From Octopus vulgaris (lineage: Eukaryota), in contig OX597839.1 of assembly GCA_951406725.2 (NCBI GenBank), forward strand, positions 20,026,001-20,090,000: 64,000 nucleotides of DNA. The letters are read 5' to 3'. Numbering within the stretch: position 1 is the stretch's first letter; every line of letters begins with the position of its first letter. The notes under the pieces are model-generated. The model saw only the letters and a list, made by a program, of their open reading frames with translations, ran no database searches and was not told the DNA's origin. Shown here one piece after another: positions 18,260 to 33,239 of this stretch. The translations under genes and the position numbers were made by a program.

Positions 18260-18850
18260 GGCACTAGGCCCGAAATGTTTTGAGAGGGGGGGGGCAGTCG
18301 ATTGCATGGACCCCACTGATTTACTGGTACTTAATTTATCCATCTCGAAAGGATGAAAGGCAAAGTCGACCTCGGCGGAATTTCAACTCAGAACGTAAAG
18401 ACAGACGAAATACCTATTTCTTTATTACCCACAAGGGGCTAAACATAGAGGAGACAAACATGAACAGACATAGGTATTAAGTCGATTATATCGACCCCAG
18501 TGTTTCACTGGTACTTAATTTATCGACCCCGAAAGGATGAAAGGCAAAGTCGACCTCGGCGGAATTTGAACTCACAACGTAACGGCAGCCGAAATACCGC
18601 TAAGCATTTCGCCCGGCGTGCTAACGTTTCTTATTTCTTTACTGCTCACAAGGGGCTAACAGAGGGGACAAAGAAAGACAGACAAACGGATTAAATTGAT
18701 TATATCGACCCTAGTGCGTAACTGCTACTTATTTAATTGACCCCGAAAGGATGAAAGGCAAAGTCGACCTTGGCGGAATTTGAACTCAGAACGTAAAGAC
18801 AGACGAAATACAGCTAAGCATTTCGCCCGGCGTGCTAACGTTTCTGCCAT
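18260..18850 (-). mobile_element. SINE family B trimer
   Basis: Three tandem core copies at ~18350, ~18535 and ~18745. Confidence 0.85.
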
Positions 18851-19049
18851 TCATTCTAATAACAACGTGTAACCACCCACGGTCCCGTAACCCAAGGGAA
18901 ATTAATATTAAATGAAACTCACGTATTTGCCCTCTCGGTACTCATTTCCGTTCCGAATACTCGCAGAGCTGATTTAAGGAGATTTAAGGAGATTATCCTC
19001 TCATCTGTTCATTTCGAGTGATGTTGTCATTTATGTCTGTAACTTCATT

Positions 19050-19430
19050 TCTTCTTTCCTTTTGTTTCAGTCATTTTGACTGTGGCCATGCTGGAGCACC
19101 GCCTTATAGTTGAAGAAATCGACCCCGTGGACTTATACTTTGTAAACCTGGTGCTTATTCTATCGGCCCCTGAGACTTATTCTCTTGCCGAACCGCGAAG
19201 TTACGGGGACGTAAACACACCAAGATCGGTTGTCAAGCGATAGTGGAGGGACAAACAGAAACACACACAAAAATATAGACATATTTATTACTGACAGGCT
19301 TCTTTCAGTTTCCGTCTAGCACATCCACTCACATGGCTTTGGTCGGCCTGAGGCTATAGTAGAAGACACTTGCTCAAAGTGCCACACGGTGGAACCGAAC
19401 CATGTGGTTGGAAAGCAAGCTTCTTACCAC
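19050..19430 (-). mobile_element. SINE family A
   Basis: Full body; the head is interrupted by the LINE fragment at 19431. Confidence 0.8.
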
Positions 19431-19603
19431 TGGAATAAGCTACCGGACGAGATAGTGAAGATGCCGACGACCGCTCGGTTCAAAGTCTCTCTTGACCAGA
19501 AATGGCCTGAACTCTTTGCATGAACACCCTCCCTGTACATAACTCCATGTCCCCCTACATGGCCTTGCTTTTTGAGCCAAAAAATTAACTTAACTTAACT
19601 TAA
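19431..19603 (+). mobile_element. CR1/L2-type LINE 3' end
   Basis: Translates WNKLPDEIVKMPTTARFKVSLDQKWPELFA* (WNxLP...FK..LD motif of CR1/L2 ORF2 C-termini), then a short 3'UTR and (TTAAC)n tail. Confidence 0.8.
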
Positions 19604-20736
19604 AACACACACACACCTGTGCCAATCTTGAAATATTTTTTCCGAAGTCAATACCCTTTTCATATCATCTACTCCCATGATGAGACCAACCAATATTAAT
19701 CTTTGTTGGAATGTCAATGTCGCACGAACATTTCTGGGTGTCAGTTACTGTAATATCGAACTGCTTGTTATTGATTTACAGAGGACACCCTATACACCTC
19801 CGCTACTTTATCTATCGATTTCATGTGTAGATTTATCTTGAACTTTATGCATTTCCTAACACAATACTCATTTCCGTGTTTACTACCCTCATAACACGAC
19901 CAAAGAATTTTAATGTCTGTTTGAGAGTCAAAAATTCAAAAATATTCTTAGGTTAGCGAAATCCTATTCTACAACGGTGGATTTCGAATCAGACAATGCT
20001 ATAAATAATAGCATGCAAATATGGGGCTAAAAAAAGTCCTTTGGTTAGAAAAGTCGAAGGCTGTCAGTCAGACTCGAACCCGAATCTTCTATAAACATGC
20101 AAGACGTTCTACCATTCAACCAAAGCAATCCTTCGAATTTCCCTGTACATTTTAGAAATTTTTTCTGACCAACGAGAATTAGAATTATATATTATTGACG
20201 TCTCAAGAATTCAGAAACTTCGAGAGAATGAGAAATAATTCTTTTTGGGAACGGTGAATCTAGAAACAAATAAAGCTATAAATAATAGCGTGTAAATATT
20301 TGTTTAAAACATCCTTTGGATAGAAAAATGTCAAAGGTTCCACATGCTGTGATATCGATCTGCTTGTTCTTTTTGAATATATGATATTCCCAATAGCATT
20401 CTTCTCTAACACCACGTGATTGCTGCATTAATGTCCCTCCTACATGTTTCGTTAATTGTTCACATTTCGCAGTAATAAGTCCATATTGGTTCTACCATAT
20501 CTTTTAGCCATCTTGCATTTTTCTTTTCATTGCGACACTTCAATATCCTTCATAATTTTCTACATCATTGTATGAAACATCTTAAGGGATATTTCGGGTT
20601 TAGTTTAAACGAAAAGAGCAGGTCTTGGGGATACTTGGCATCTTCCATATTCTTCAACCATGTAGCCAAGAAAAATAGAATTAACAATTCGTGACTGTGT
20701 GGTCAAGTCTCTTGGTTCCTAATTACGTGATCTTTT

Positions 20737-21082
20737 GTGGGGGCGCAATGGCCCAGTGGTTATGGACTCGCGGTCGTACAATCGTGGTTTCGATTCCCAG
20801 ACCGGGCGTTGTGAGTGTTTATTGAGCAGTGGGTGGTGGTGGACCCTGCTGTATTCTTTCACCACAACTTTCTCTCACTCTTTCTTGCTGTTTCTCTTGT
20901 ACTTGTATTTCAAAGGACCAGCTTTGTCACACCCTGTGTCACGCTGAATCTCCCCCGAGAACTACGTTAAGGGTATACGTGTCTGTGGAGTGCTCAGCCA
21001 CTTGCACGTTACTTTCACGAGCAGGTTGTTTCGTTGTTCTGATCAATCGGAACCCTCGTCGTCGTAACCCACGGAGTGCCAT
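20737..21082 (+). mobile_element. SINE family C head with alternative tail, nested in a degraded family A copy (~20690-21215)
   Basis: GGGGGCGCAATGGCCCAGTGG head; family A sequence resumes at ~21090. Confidence 0.7.
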
Positions 21083-21557
21083 GAAAGATGGGATCTTGAA
21101 ATCAAACCCACTGCGTGGTACCTTGACCAATTGTGTTCTACAATAGCCACAGGCCCGTCAATCCTTTCAGAGGGGATTTGGTAGACGGAACCGGAAACTG
21201 AAAGAAAATGGTCATGTGTGTGTGTGTCTTTACAAACTCTGTTAGTTTTTCCTCCCGCATGACCTAGTGGTTAAAATAATTCCGATTCCAAGACCGGCAT
21301 CGAGTTAGTTGTGTTCTTGAGCAAAACACTTCACTCCACGTAGTTCGACTCCACTCAACCTTAAATGGATAACTCTGAGATATATTGATGTTGCGTTCAG
21401 GTGCAACGTTAGCCTGCCCATTTAGCCAGCATGATGGCATCATTCGAAAGCTGCATCAATGCGAGGAAAGGCACTGTGACCAGCGGTGTACAACAACATC
21501 CGAGAATCTGGTCAATACAGTGATACAGTGATTTTTCGCTGTACATCTTGAAATATA

Positions 21558-22338
21558 TATTTCTTTACTACCCACAAGGGGCTAAACATAGAGGGGACAA
21601 CCAAGGACAGACAAACGGATTAAGTCGATTACATTGACCCCAGTGCGTAACTGGTACTTAATTTATCAACCCCGAAAGGATGAAAGGCAAAGTCGACCTC
21701 GGCGGAATTTGAACTCAGAACGTAACGGCAGACGAAATACCTGTTTCTTTACTACCCACAAGGGGCTAAACACAGAGAGGACAAACAAGGACAGACAAAC
21801 TGATTAAGTCGATTACATTGACCCCAATGCGTAACTGGTACTTATTTAATCGACCCCGAAAGGACGAAAGGCAAAGTCGACCTCATCAAAATTTGAACTC
21901 AGAACGTAACGGCAGACGAAATACCTATTTCTTTACTACCCACAAGGGGCTAAACACAGAGAGGACAACCAAGGACAGACAAACGGATTAAGTCGATTAC
22001 ATTGACCCCAGTGTGTAACTGGTACTTAATTTATCGACCCTGAAAAGATGAAAGGCAAAGTCTACCTCGGCGGAATTTGAACTCAGAACGTAACGGCAGA
22101 CGAAACACCTATTTCTTTACTACCCACAAGGGGCTAAACACAGAGAAGACAAACAAGGACAGACAAACTGATTAAGTCGATTACATCGACCCCAATGCGT
22201 AACTGGTACTTATTTAATCGATCCCGAAAGGATGAAAGGCAAAGTCGACCTCGGGGGAATTTGAACTCAGAACGTAACGGCAGACGAAATACCGCTAAGC
22301 ATTTCGCCCGGCGTGCTAACATTTCTGCCAGCTCGCCG
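21558..22338 (-). mobile_element. SINE family B tetramer inside one 14-bp TSD
   Basis: Four ~185-bp units with only one complete head; CATCTTGAAATATA at 21544-21557 and 22339-22352. Confidence 0.9.
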
Positions 22339-22772
22339 CATCTTGAAATATAAAGCGGAAAATATACAACTTGGTATAAACCCTGTCTTTGTCAAAATTT
22401 TAGCCTCTCCAGATACATTTATCCAAGCACCATATTCTGTATAACGGTTATCCATTAGCAGAATTAAATGCTACTTCTTGCCGCTACATCGATATCCTTT
22501 GAAGATTTATACCATAAACACTTAGCCGTATTGATGAAACTAATAAGAACGTCGTCGTTGTGGTACACAGATACTCTCTGAGTATGTAGTTTGGAAGCAT
22601 TGTTCTTTCAGTTCTTGAAATCAGCTTCTTCTGCAGTTAATTCACTTTCCCTAATGGGTTCATGGCAGGTTAAACATTTTTTAAAAATCAATTTTGCTCG
22701 CATGAAATGTGAGAATAAATGACATCTAACCTATTACAATCCAACACGTCGCCCGTCTTTTAAATGGGAATA

Positions 22773-22905
22773 TACAGGGTTGGACAAAAATCACCCGACG
22801 GTAAATTAAAAAATTTCAGAAATACTTGAAATTCAATTTTATTTATTCATTCTAATTATGAATGTTTGATAATTAAACGCTGTGAGTTAAAAATCGCCTC
22901 CTTCT
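22773..22905 (-). mobile_element. Tc1/mariner-like terminal remnant
   Basis: TA+CAGGGTTGGACAAAA TIR-like end; minus strand reads EGGDF* resembling Tc1-type transposase C-termini. Confidence 0.4.
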
Positions 22906-23033
22906 TTTTTATTTGTAACTGTGTTGTTGTTGATAAAAGTTCTTTGTTTATCTACTTATTCTCTTGGTGATTTTGGATAAAAAGAAAATAATACTAATGA
23001 GTCCTTCGAATTTAATTAAATTCTATATTTTTG

Positions 23034-23120
23034 TGCAGCTGAAGATTGCTCTACATTTTAAATTGATGTAATGTTTTCATTGTTCAATTAAATGGAGTCG
23101 CATGAAACGATCGTACTGCA
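23034..23120 (+). ncRNA. Minimal hammerhead ribozyme with ~50-nt stem II insertion
   Basis: tgcag-CTGAAGA-ttgc[...]gcat-GAAA-c(gatc)g-TA-ctgca; a truncated family copy lies on the minus strand at ~11545-11650. Confidence 0.75.
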
Positions 23121-23283
23121 TTACCTCTGGATATCCTTGTTGCTTATTTTGATTATAATCACCTGATTTTAAATTGTATCGATAATACCATACTAAATTT
23201 CTGGTGCCCTTAACTTAAGTACCATATTCACCTGAATCTAAATTTTACTGAACTTATATATATATATATACAGATAGATAGAG

Positions 23284-23374
<91 letters not shown>

Positions 23375-23384
23375 TAGATAGAAT

Positions 23385-23504
<120 letters not shown>

Positions 23505-23903
23505 TACATATATACATATATACATACACATGCTCACCTCCAGACAGACCTTTCGCGATACCCTTAAAGCGAGGAGCTTATCAGCTTATCTCACTCGTAT
23601 TGTGAGAGAATATTCATTGACGTCGTAATCACCGTTGACACCTAAATGTCTCGAGCCCTAAGGGCCAGTAAACCGAGATCATAAAATACACCCCGGACAG
23701 GACGCTAGTCTTTCGATGGCGTTACTCACAGCTAAGTAGATTTCAGCAACGTGAAATGAAGTGTTCACTCAAGAACCCGTAAGTGCGACCCTACAATCAT
23801 GCTTGTAGTACCCTAACCGCTGCGCCACGCGCCTTCACTCTTGGTATATCTATGTATTTGATTATCTGTCTATTTCTTTGTATGTATGTATTATGTATGT
23901 ATG

Positions 23904-23937
<34 letters not shown>

Positions 23938-23980
23938 TCTATCTTACCTCTCGATTTATCTATGTATTTATCGATTCCTT

Positions 23981-24145
23981 TGAGTGGCTGTGTGGTAAGT
24001 AGCTTGCTTACCAACCACATGGTTCTGGGTTCAGTCCCACTGCGTGGCACCTTGGGCAAGTTTCTGCTACTATAGCCTCGGGCCGACCAAAGCCTTGTGA
24101 GTGGATTTGGTAGACGGAAACTGAAAGAAGCCCGTCGTATATATG

Positions 24146-24180
<35 letters not shown>

Positions 24181-24430
24181 ATGTGTGTGTGTATGTGTGT
24201 GCCTGTGTGTGTGTGTGTTTGTGTGTCTGTGTTTGTCACCCCAATATCGCTTGACAACCGATGCTGGTGTGTTTACGTCCCCGTAACTTAGCGGTTCGGC
24301 AAAAAGAGACCGATAGAATAAGTACCAGGCTTACAAAGAACAAGTCCTGGGGGTCGATTTTCTCGACTAAAAGCCGTGCTCCAGCTTGGCCACAGTCAAA
24401 TGACTGAAACAAGTAAAAGAGTAAAGAGTA
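23981..24430 (+). mobile_element. SINE family A, full length
   Basis: Head GGCTGTGTGGTAAG...GGTTCAGTCCC, internal (TA)(GT) tract, AAAAGAG tail. Confidence 0.9.
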
Positions 24431-24999
24431 TGTATGTATGTATTTTTGTATGTATATGCCTATCTGTCTGTCTATCTATCTGTTCATCAATCTATCTATC
24501 TATCTATCTATTTATTTATCTCTCTAGATATATCTATCTACTACCCATCGATATATCTCTCTATCTATTTGTCTATTTACCTACCTACTTACCTACCTAC
24601 CTACCCATCTACCTTCCTAACTACCAGCCTACCTATATATCTATATGCCTCTTTATCTAGAGATATATTTTGATTTATGGAAACACTCTACAGTGTGTCC
24701 TCTTCACAAAAGAATGGCAAACCCTCCAGCCCCCATCCAACGTCCTAAAGTACTTCCAACTTCACAAAAGGTTGTTGAAAGCTATAAACGACCATTTCCA
24801 AGGTTGTTGTTGTTGCTATTAAAGCTGCCTTTGTTACACTTTTATTTGTTGTTGTGTCGTTATTGTTGTTATTATAGTACATTATTTTGGCTTGGTTCAG
24901 GTTCGGTCTTATACCTGCTAGGGTTTATGTGGGTAGCTGGTTACTACTTGTAACCTTAGGTAGCCACAAGTTTTCAGCTGTGTTTCAAGTGCTTTTCAG

Positions 25000-25200
25000 C
25001 TGGCAGAGTCGTTAGCGCGCTGTACGAGATGCTTAGCGGTTCTCCACCCGTCGCTACGTCTTGATTTCAAATCCCGCCGAGGTCGACTTTGCCTTTCAAC
25101 CTAACGGTGTCGATAAAATAACTACGAATTACGCACTGAGGTCGATGTAATTGGCTAATCACCTCCTCGTAAAATTCCAGGCCTTGCGCCTACAGTAGAA
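25000..25200 (+). mobile_element. SINE family B, diverged
   Basis: GCTGGCAGAGTCGTTAGC...CCGCCGAGGTCGACTTTGCCTTTCA. Confidence 0.7.
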
Positions 25201-25266
25201 AATATTACTACTACTACTACTACTACTACTACTACCACTACTACTACTACTATCATCATCATCATC

Positions 25267-25298
<32 letters not shown>

Positions 25299-25304
25299 TA
25301 ATTT

Positions 25305-25895
25305 CATTGTCATCTTCTTTATTTCTGTTTCCATTTCTTCCCGAGTGTCTTCTTGACACTTAGGGCAGAGGAATGCACTGTATACCTTAGTAGGCCATTA
25401 AGATTAACACATCAGATTGTTCATTTCCAAAGTTATGTGATAGAGAAAAAGGGGAAGAAAGACAGAGAGAAGGATTTAAGAAATAAAAAATAAAGGCGAA
25501 AACAGAAAGAAAATTCACAGCGACAATACTCTTCTCAGTATGTCAGATGTATCAGTTAAGACAATCTTTTGCACTTCCTGTATGCATGGTAAGCCAGCGA
25601 GCATTCTTAAATAATTTCCAGTTCCTTTTTTTGACCATTCCAAGTGCTCCTACACTCACTGGTATTGTGACCGTCTCGAGATGCCACATCTTTTCGATTT
25701 CGATTAGCAAATCTTTATATTCTCTGAGCTTATCAAATTCTTTTGCCCAGATATGACCACATGGCATGCTTATCTCAATCAATAAACAGACTTTATTATT
25801 TTGGTCTTTCACAACTATATGTGGTTTATTAGCTTTGATGGTCTGGTCTGTACATACTGGGAAGTACCAAAGAATCGTTACATCTGATTGTGCGG
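25305..25895 (-). mobile_element. R4/Dong-type non-LTR retrotransposon 3' remnant (restriction-like endonuclease)
   Basis: ORF 25552-25920 reads ILW.F...TDQTIKANKPHIVVKD...CLLIEISMP...KEFDKL..YKDL..EIEKMW...TIPVSVGALG, then frameshifted HILRRVLSL*; the 3' end runs into (AAT)n. Confidence 0.8.
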
Positions 25896-25950
25896 TCTGT
25901 ACACAATGGTAAGTCCCCAAAAATCGTTGTTATCATCATCATCATCATCA

Positions 25951-25994
<44 letters not shown>

Positions 25995-26175
25995 GAGTGA
26001 GAGAGCAGTTCATACCATCAAAGTGACACTGGGGTAAAATATACGAAGCCCAATATACCCATCATGACTACCCGTCTGATAAGGGTACACCAGGCCACAT
26101 GCATCACAACCATATGTGCGCGACATGGTGATCGCATATCAAGATAAACAGCACATGACCTTGCAGGTGGGGCCC
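25995..26175. mobile_element. Unclassified ~180-bp element embedded in (TTA)n
   Basis: Complex sequence flanked on both sides by pure (TAT)n. Confidence 0.45.
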
Positions 26176-26239
<64 letters not shown>

Positions 26240-26241
<2 letters not shown>

Positions 26242-26460
26242 AGTGGTGAGCCGGTAGAATCGTTAGCACGGAGGGCAAAATGTTTAGCGCCATTTTGTCC
26301 GTCATCACATTCTGAGTTCAAATTCCGCTGAGGTCGACTTTGCCTTTCATCCTTTCGGGGCCGATATTAAATAAGTACTAGTTACGCACTGGAGTCAATG
26401 TTATCGACTTAATCCCTTTCCCCAAAAGTTGAGGCCTTGTACTTCCAGTAGAAAGAATCA
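26240..26460 (+). mobile_element. SINE family B
   Basis: Head, core and TGAGGCCTTGT...AGTAGAAAG tail. Confidence 0.8.
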
Positions 26461-26919
26461 TTTTTGTTTTTGTACGTACCTGTGGTGTGTGTCACACTTC
26501 AAAAAAGTGGCAAAGCGGGAGAGAGGAGGACAGATAGGAAGTAAGAGAGAAAGAGAAAGAGAGAGTCAGAGATAGTGAGTGCTGCTCTTACAGCCGTTTC
26601 TTTTAATCTGGAGCAAGAAAAGGTGGCAGGTCAGCTTATTTGATGTAAGGTAACGGCATTGTGATAACATTACTAGAATCTCGGGTAGTTGTGACTGCCT
26701 TTCCTAAATCCATCTCGAAACTTCTGGAATGCAATTCGTGCATGTTGTTACTGTCGCTGCTTATGTTGAGGCTGTGGATGCTGCTCACTACAAGGGGGAT
26801 GATGAGGATGAGGATGATGATGAAGAGTAGAAGGAGGAGGTGGAGGTGAAAGAGGAGGAAGGAGCGGACGATGAGGAGGAGGATATCGCTGTTGGACTGT
26901 TAGTGTACAATTAAAAGAC

Positions 26920-26923
26920 GGTT

Positions 26924-26964
<41 letters not shown>

Positions 26965-27033
26965 ATAGTAGTAGTAGTAGTAATAGTAGTAGTAGTACCA
27001 CCACCAGCAAAAGTAGCAGTAGCAGTAGTAGAA

Positions 27034-27067
<34 letters not shown>

Positions 27068-27140
27068 TTATGACAGTCGTCGCTGTAGGAGTTAGTACTA
27101 CTACTACTATCACTACTACTACTACTACTACTACTACTAT

Positions 27141-27201
<61 letters not shown>

Positions 27202-27690
27202 GCTGCTGCTGCAACTACTACTTCTACTTCTATTATCACCACCACTATCTCTACTACTACTACTACTACTACTACTGCTACTGCTACTATCACCACTACC
27301 ATCAACACCACCACAATCATTACTACTACTACTACAACTACTACTACTACTACTACTAGCAGTACTGCAATTGCAGCTACTGCAACTACAACTACTACTT
27401 CTAATATCACCACCACCACCATCACCACCACTATTACTACTACTACTACTGCTGCTGCTGCTACTGCTTCTATTATCACCACCACCACCATCTCTACTAA
27501 TACTACTACTACCACCACCATCCCCACTACTATCACTACTACTACTACTACTACTACTTCTACGACTACTACTACTGCTGCTACTACTACTACAATTATC
27601 ACCACCACCACCACTATCTCTATTACTACTACTACTAGCAATACTGCAACTGTAGCTACTGCTACTACTGCTGCTGCCGCTGCTACATTA
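26920..27690. repeat. (TAG)n/(CTA)n/(CAC)n trinucleotide block
   Basis: Directly visible. Confidence 0.9.
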
Positions 27691-28379
27691 GCAGCATTAT
27701 GCTGTAATAGAGAATAAAAGATGGTATCACCTCACAAATGTCCCTCCACATTCGATCGATAAATTCCAATAAAATCAGAAACATGATTGGAAAATATATA
27801 AATAAATAAATAAAATAAATAAATAAATAAAATAAATATTCTTCCTTTTCTTCTTAAATGGTTTTTCTTCTCTATATTACCTCAAACCCCCACCAACTCC
27901 ACCACCCTTCCACCCTCTCCTACCCCTTTCGTTTTTATATTATTTCCCACCCACCCGCCATCGACATCTCTCCCACCGTACCTACACTTTCTACCCGCCA
28001 CCCTTCCACGCCCCTTTTCCTTTTTTCTTTTTCCCTTTTTTTTTCTTTTACCTCCACAGCATTTTTCTTACGTCCTCTTACCTTCTTCTCCACTGCTGTG
28101 TCTCTTTGTCTTCTGTTTTTCTTGCCTTCCTCTCCGCCATCTTTGTCTATTAGCGTCTCCACTTCCGCTCTTCCTTTATGGCCTCTCCTTTAACGTTCTC
28201 TATTGCCTCCTTCATCTTCACGTCATCACTTTTATTGCTTCCTCTCCTACCAGCTCATTCATTCCTCGCACATTTTACTCTATAGCTTCGCCTTTTCTTT
28301 TATATTCTTTTATTTAAAACAACCATCCCTCGTTTCTTTATACTCTTCGCCTTTTTCTTTCTTTTCACTATCACCCTCG

Positions 28380-29780
28380 TTTCAACATCTTCAATATACC
28401 CAATCACAAAAACCCTTTATTCTAGACCTTAGCCCTCTTTTTTCTTTTTCTTTTTTTTTCTTTGTTTTGTTTTGCTATCACCTCTCTCTTCTTTCACTAT
28501 TACACTGTCTTCACATCTCTCCTCCCACTACTACAAAAACCCCTATATTTCAGACTTAATCCCTCTCTAACAATACCTTTCCAGTTCTTTCTCTAATACT
28601 CCTGATCGACGTCTCTCCAACCCTTACCTTTATTTCAGACCTTAGCCCTCATTTTTCCTTATTTTTCTGTCCCCTCTCTCTCTTCTTTCATTATTACCTT
28701 GTCTTCACATCTCTCCTCTCGCTACTACACAAATCCCTATATTTCAAACTTAATCCCTCTCTCTATCTATACCTTTCCAATTCTTTCTCTAATACTCCCG
28801 ATCGACGTCTCTCCAACCCATATCTTTATTCCAGACCCTTAGCTCTTTCTCTTACTATCACATCTCCCTTTCTTTCTATCTTAACCCCGTGTTGACATCA
28901 TCTCAACCACCCCGACTATCGTAATTCCAGACGTTAGCCCTTAATTTTCTTATTGCTTCGCCATTTCTTTCTCTATTAGCCCTGTTGTATACTCCCAAGC
29001 TATCGTTATTCCAGACCTTAGACCTCATTTTTTCTATCCGCTCCTCTTTCCTGTCTCTGTCGCCCTTATATCTTCTCTCTTAGAGCATTCTCTATAACCC
29101 CCACTTTATCCCAGACATTACCCTCCATTCTTTCTTTCTCTATTACCCCCATCTCAACATCTCTCCTACTCCCATTCCTAAACAACCTTTAACCCAGACT
29201 TTAGCCCATTTTTTCCTCGCCTCCAGACCATAGCCCTTTTTTCCTTGCCTCCAGGCCTCATTTTTCTATCGGTTCTCCTTTCCTGCTTCTATTGCCCCCG
29301 TCTCAACATCTCTTTTGCCCCACTCTCTATAACCTCCACTTTATCCCAGACATTACCCTCCTTTTTTTCTTTTTGTATTACTCCCATCTCAACATCTCTC
29401 CAACTCCCATCCCTAAACCATCTTTAATCCAGACTTTAGCCCATTTTTTCCTCGCCTCTAGACCAAAGCCCTTTTTTCCTTGTTTCAAGACCATAGACCT
29501 TTTTTCCTTGCCTCCAGACCTTAGCCCTCATTTTTCTATCGGTTCTCCTTTCCTGCTTCTATTGCCCCCGTCTCAACATCTCTTTTTCCCCACTCTCTAT
29601 AACCCCCACTTTATTCCAGATGTTAGCCCTCCCTTCTATTGCCTCAGTTCCCATTGCTCCCATCTCCACATGTCTTCTACTCTTACTCTCTTCCCCCCAA
29701 ACCCCAAAAACACATTTTCTCTGCTGCCTCTCCATTCTTTCTTTCTGTATTACCCCCAACCCATCTCAGCTACTTTCCCC
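28380..29780. repeat. Pyrimidine-rich diverged tandem repeat built on CCAGAC(C/G)TTAGCCC
   Basis: Motif recurs more than 10 times; ~200-240-bp blocks duplicated (28420/28630, 29090/29330). Confidence 0.7.
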
Positions 29781-29844
29781 TTTATTTCAGTTCTCCTCTC
29801 TTTTCTCCTATTCCCTCTTCCTTCTTTTGTCTATTACTCCCGTC

Positions 29845-30003
29845 GGGTTCAAACACCGCCGAGGTCGACTTTGCCTTTCATCCTTTCGGGGTCGATAAAT
29901 AAAGTACCAGTTACGCACTGGGGTCGATGTAGTTGACTTAATCCCTTTGTCTGTCTTTGTTTGTCCCCTCTATGTTTAGCCCCTTGTGACCAATAAAGAA
30001 ATA
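29845..30003 (+). mobile_element. 5'-truncated SINE family B with 13-bp TSD
   Basis: TATTACTCCCGTC (29832) / TATTACCCCCGTC (30004). Confidence 0.8.
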
Positions 30004-30269
30004 TATTACCCCCGTCTCCACATCCCCTATACTCTCTTCCACACCAAAACCAACAGCCTTTCCTTTTCCTTACTTATCCCTTCTTTTCCCCATTAATCCC
30101 TCCTCAAAATAATCTTTTCTACATCCACTCCCAAACCAACATTATTCTAGATATTAACCCTATTTTTTTCTCTTGTCCATCAGAAAAATAGCATTCTCTG
30201 AACACATCGAAATTTGCGCCACTAATGAACAACCCAACTTCAGAATTTTTCTCCTCTATAACTTCAGGG

Positions 30270-30495
30270 GTGGAGGTGCGTGGCTTAGTGGTTAGGGTGT
30301 CAGTACCATGATCGTAAGACTGTGGTTTCGATTCCTGGACCGGGCGACGCGCTGTGTTCTTGAGCAAAACACTTCATTTCACGTTGCTCCAGTCCACTCA
30401 GCTGGCAAAAATGAGTAACGCTGCAATGGACTGGCGTCCCATCCAGCTGGGGAACACATACGCCATAGGCTTTGAAAAGGGCGTATTTATTATTT
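30270..30495 (+). mobile_element. SINE family D (V-domain-like GATGGACTGGCGTCCC.TCCAG) with 13-bp TSD
   Basis: TATAACTTCAGGG at 30257 and 30496; tRNA-like head. Confidence 0.85.
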
Positions 30496-31316
30496 TATAA
30501 CTTCAGGGATGATGCAACCTATAACAAGCGCATTAGCAAGGAGTCATATTTTATCGCAAAATATAAACCCCTTTTGAATGCTTCCACCACACATAACACT
30601 ATTACAAGGCCCTTAGAACAATACCCACACAAGTATTAAAGACGATGTATTCAGAACAGTCATTACCCATGAATTTATTCAGAACGATTCCAATCACTAC
30701 TACTATAAACACAACAGGTCACTTTTAGGTATCTTGACCATTTAAGAAGACCCTAGCAACAGCCAACTACTGTCATACCGCTACCGTCTTATTCTTGTTA
30801 TTTCTCCTCCTCCTCCTCTGCTTCTTCTTCCTCTTCCTCTTCTTCCGCTTCTTCTTCCTCCTCCTCCTCCTCGTCTTCTTCTTCTTCCTCCTCCTCCTCT
30901 TCTTCTTCCTCCTCCTCCTCTTCCTCCGCTTCTTCTTCTTCCTCCTCCTCTTTTTCCGCTTCTTCTTCCTCCTCCTCCTCCTCCTCCTCTTCGCCGTCTC
31001 CCTCCTCAGCTGCTGCTGCTGCTTAAACAATCGAAACCCAGAACCCACATCCCTCTTATTCAATATTTCTTCAGATTTGCTACCACCTACCCATCAGGCT
31101 CCCACAAAAGTAAAAGAGAAACAGAAAAAAAGGAAAACGTCCCACGTATTTCAGAACAGAGAAAATATTCTACAAAAAACATTTCATATAATTTTTCAAC
31201 AATTTAATTGTTTTCCATGCTTTACTCTAAGTTGAAAAATTTGCAAAGACTGAAACCGGTACGAAATTGTTCTTCATGATAAAATTATTTTAGTCTTTTC
31301 TACCTTGTCTTATTTT

Positions 31317-31371
<55 letters not shown>

Positions 31372-31476
31372 GAAGTGAAGAAAATGCTGACAAAATAATT
31401 TAAGTAATTTAAGTAGGTGAAAGTTCTTTTTACCGGTTGCGCACTTGTTACCATAACAAATGCGCAACCGGTAAAA

Positions 31477-33023
<1,547 letters not shown>

Positions 33024-33239
33024 ATTCTGTGCAAGGTTGTATGTGGTTTTATGTCTTCGAGTGTATGCGTGCAAGTTGTTGTTCAGCCGCAAGGGGAGAC
33101 TTGATTGGTCAAATCTCTACTGGACTGAAACGACCGTTGGAACACAATTCATGACAAGGGAATATAGGAAGAGAAGGAGAAGGCTGAAGAGGAAGAAGAG
33201 AAGGGGATTTAGGGATAGGTGGAGAAAAAGAAGAGGAAA

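Noticed and set aside
20062-20127. tRNA gene on the minus strand
   Set aside because: A/B-box-like words are present but acceptor and anticodon stems do not pair; at best a decayed SINE head or pseudogene. SINE heads elsewhere were likewise not called as tRNAs.
21558-22338. CRISPR-like regular repeats
   Set aside because: Whole units are repeated with no unique spacers; it is a SINE multimer in a eukaryotic genome.
27070-27717. Mucin-like Thr-rich ORF (215 aa) and antisense Val-rich ORF
   Set aside because: Degenerate (ACT)n repeat that is stop-free by composition.
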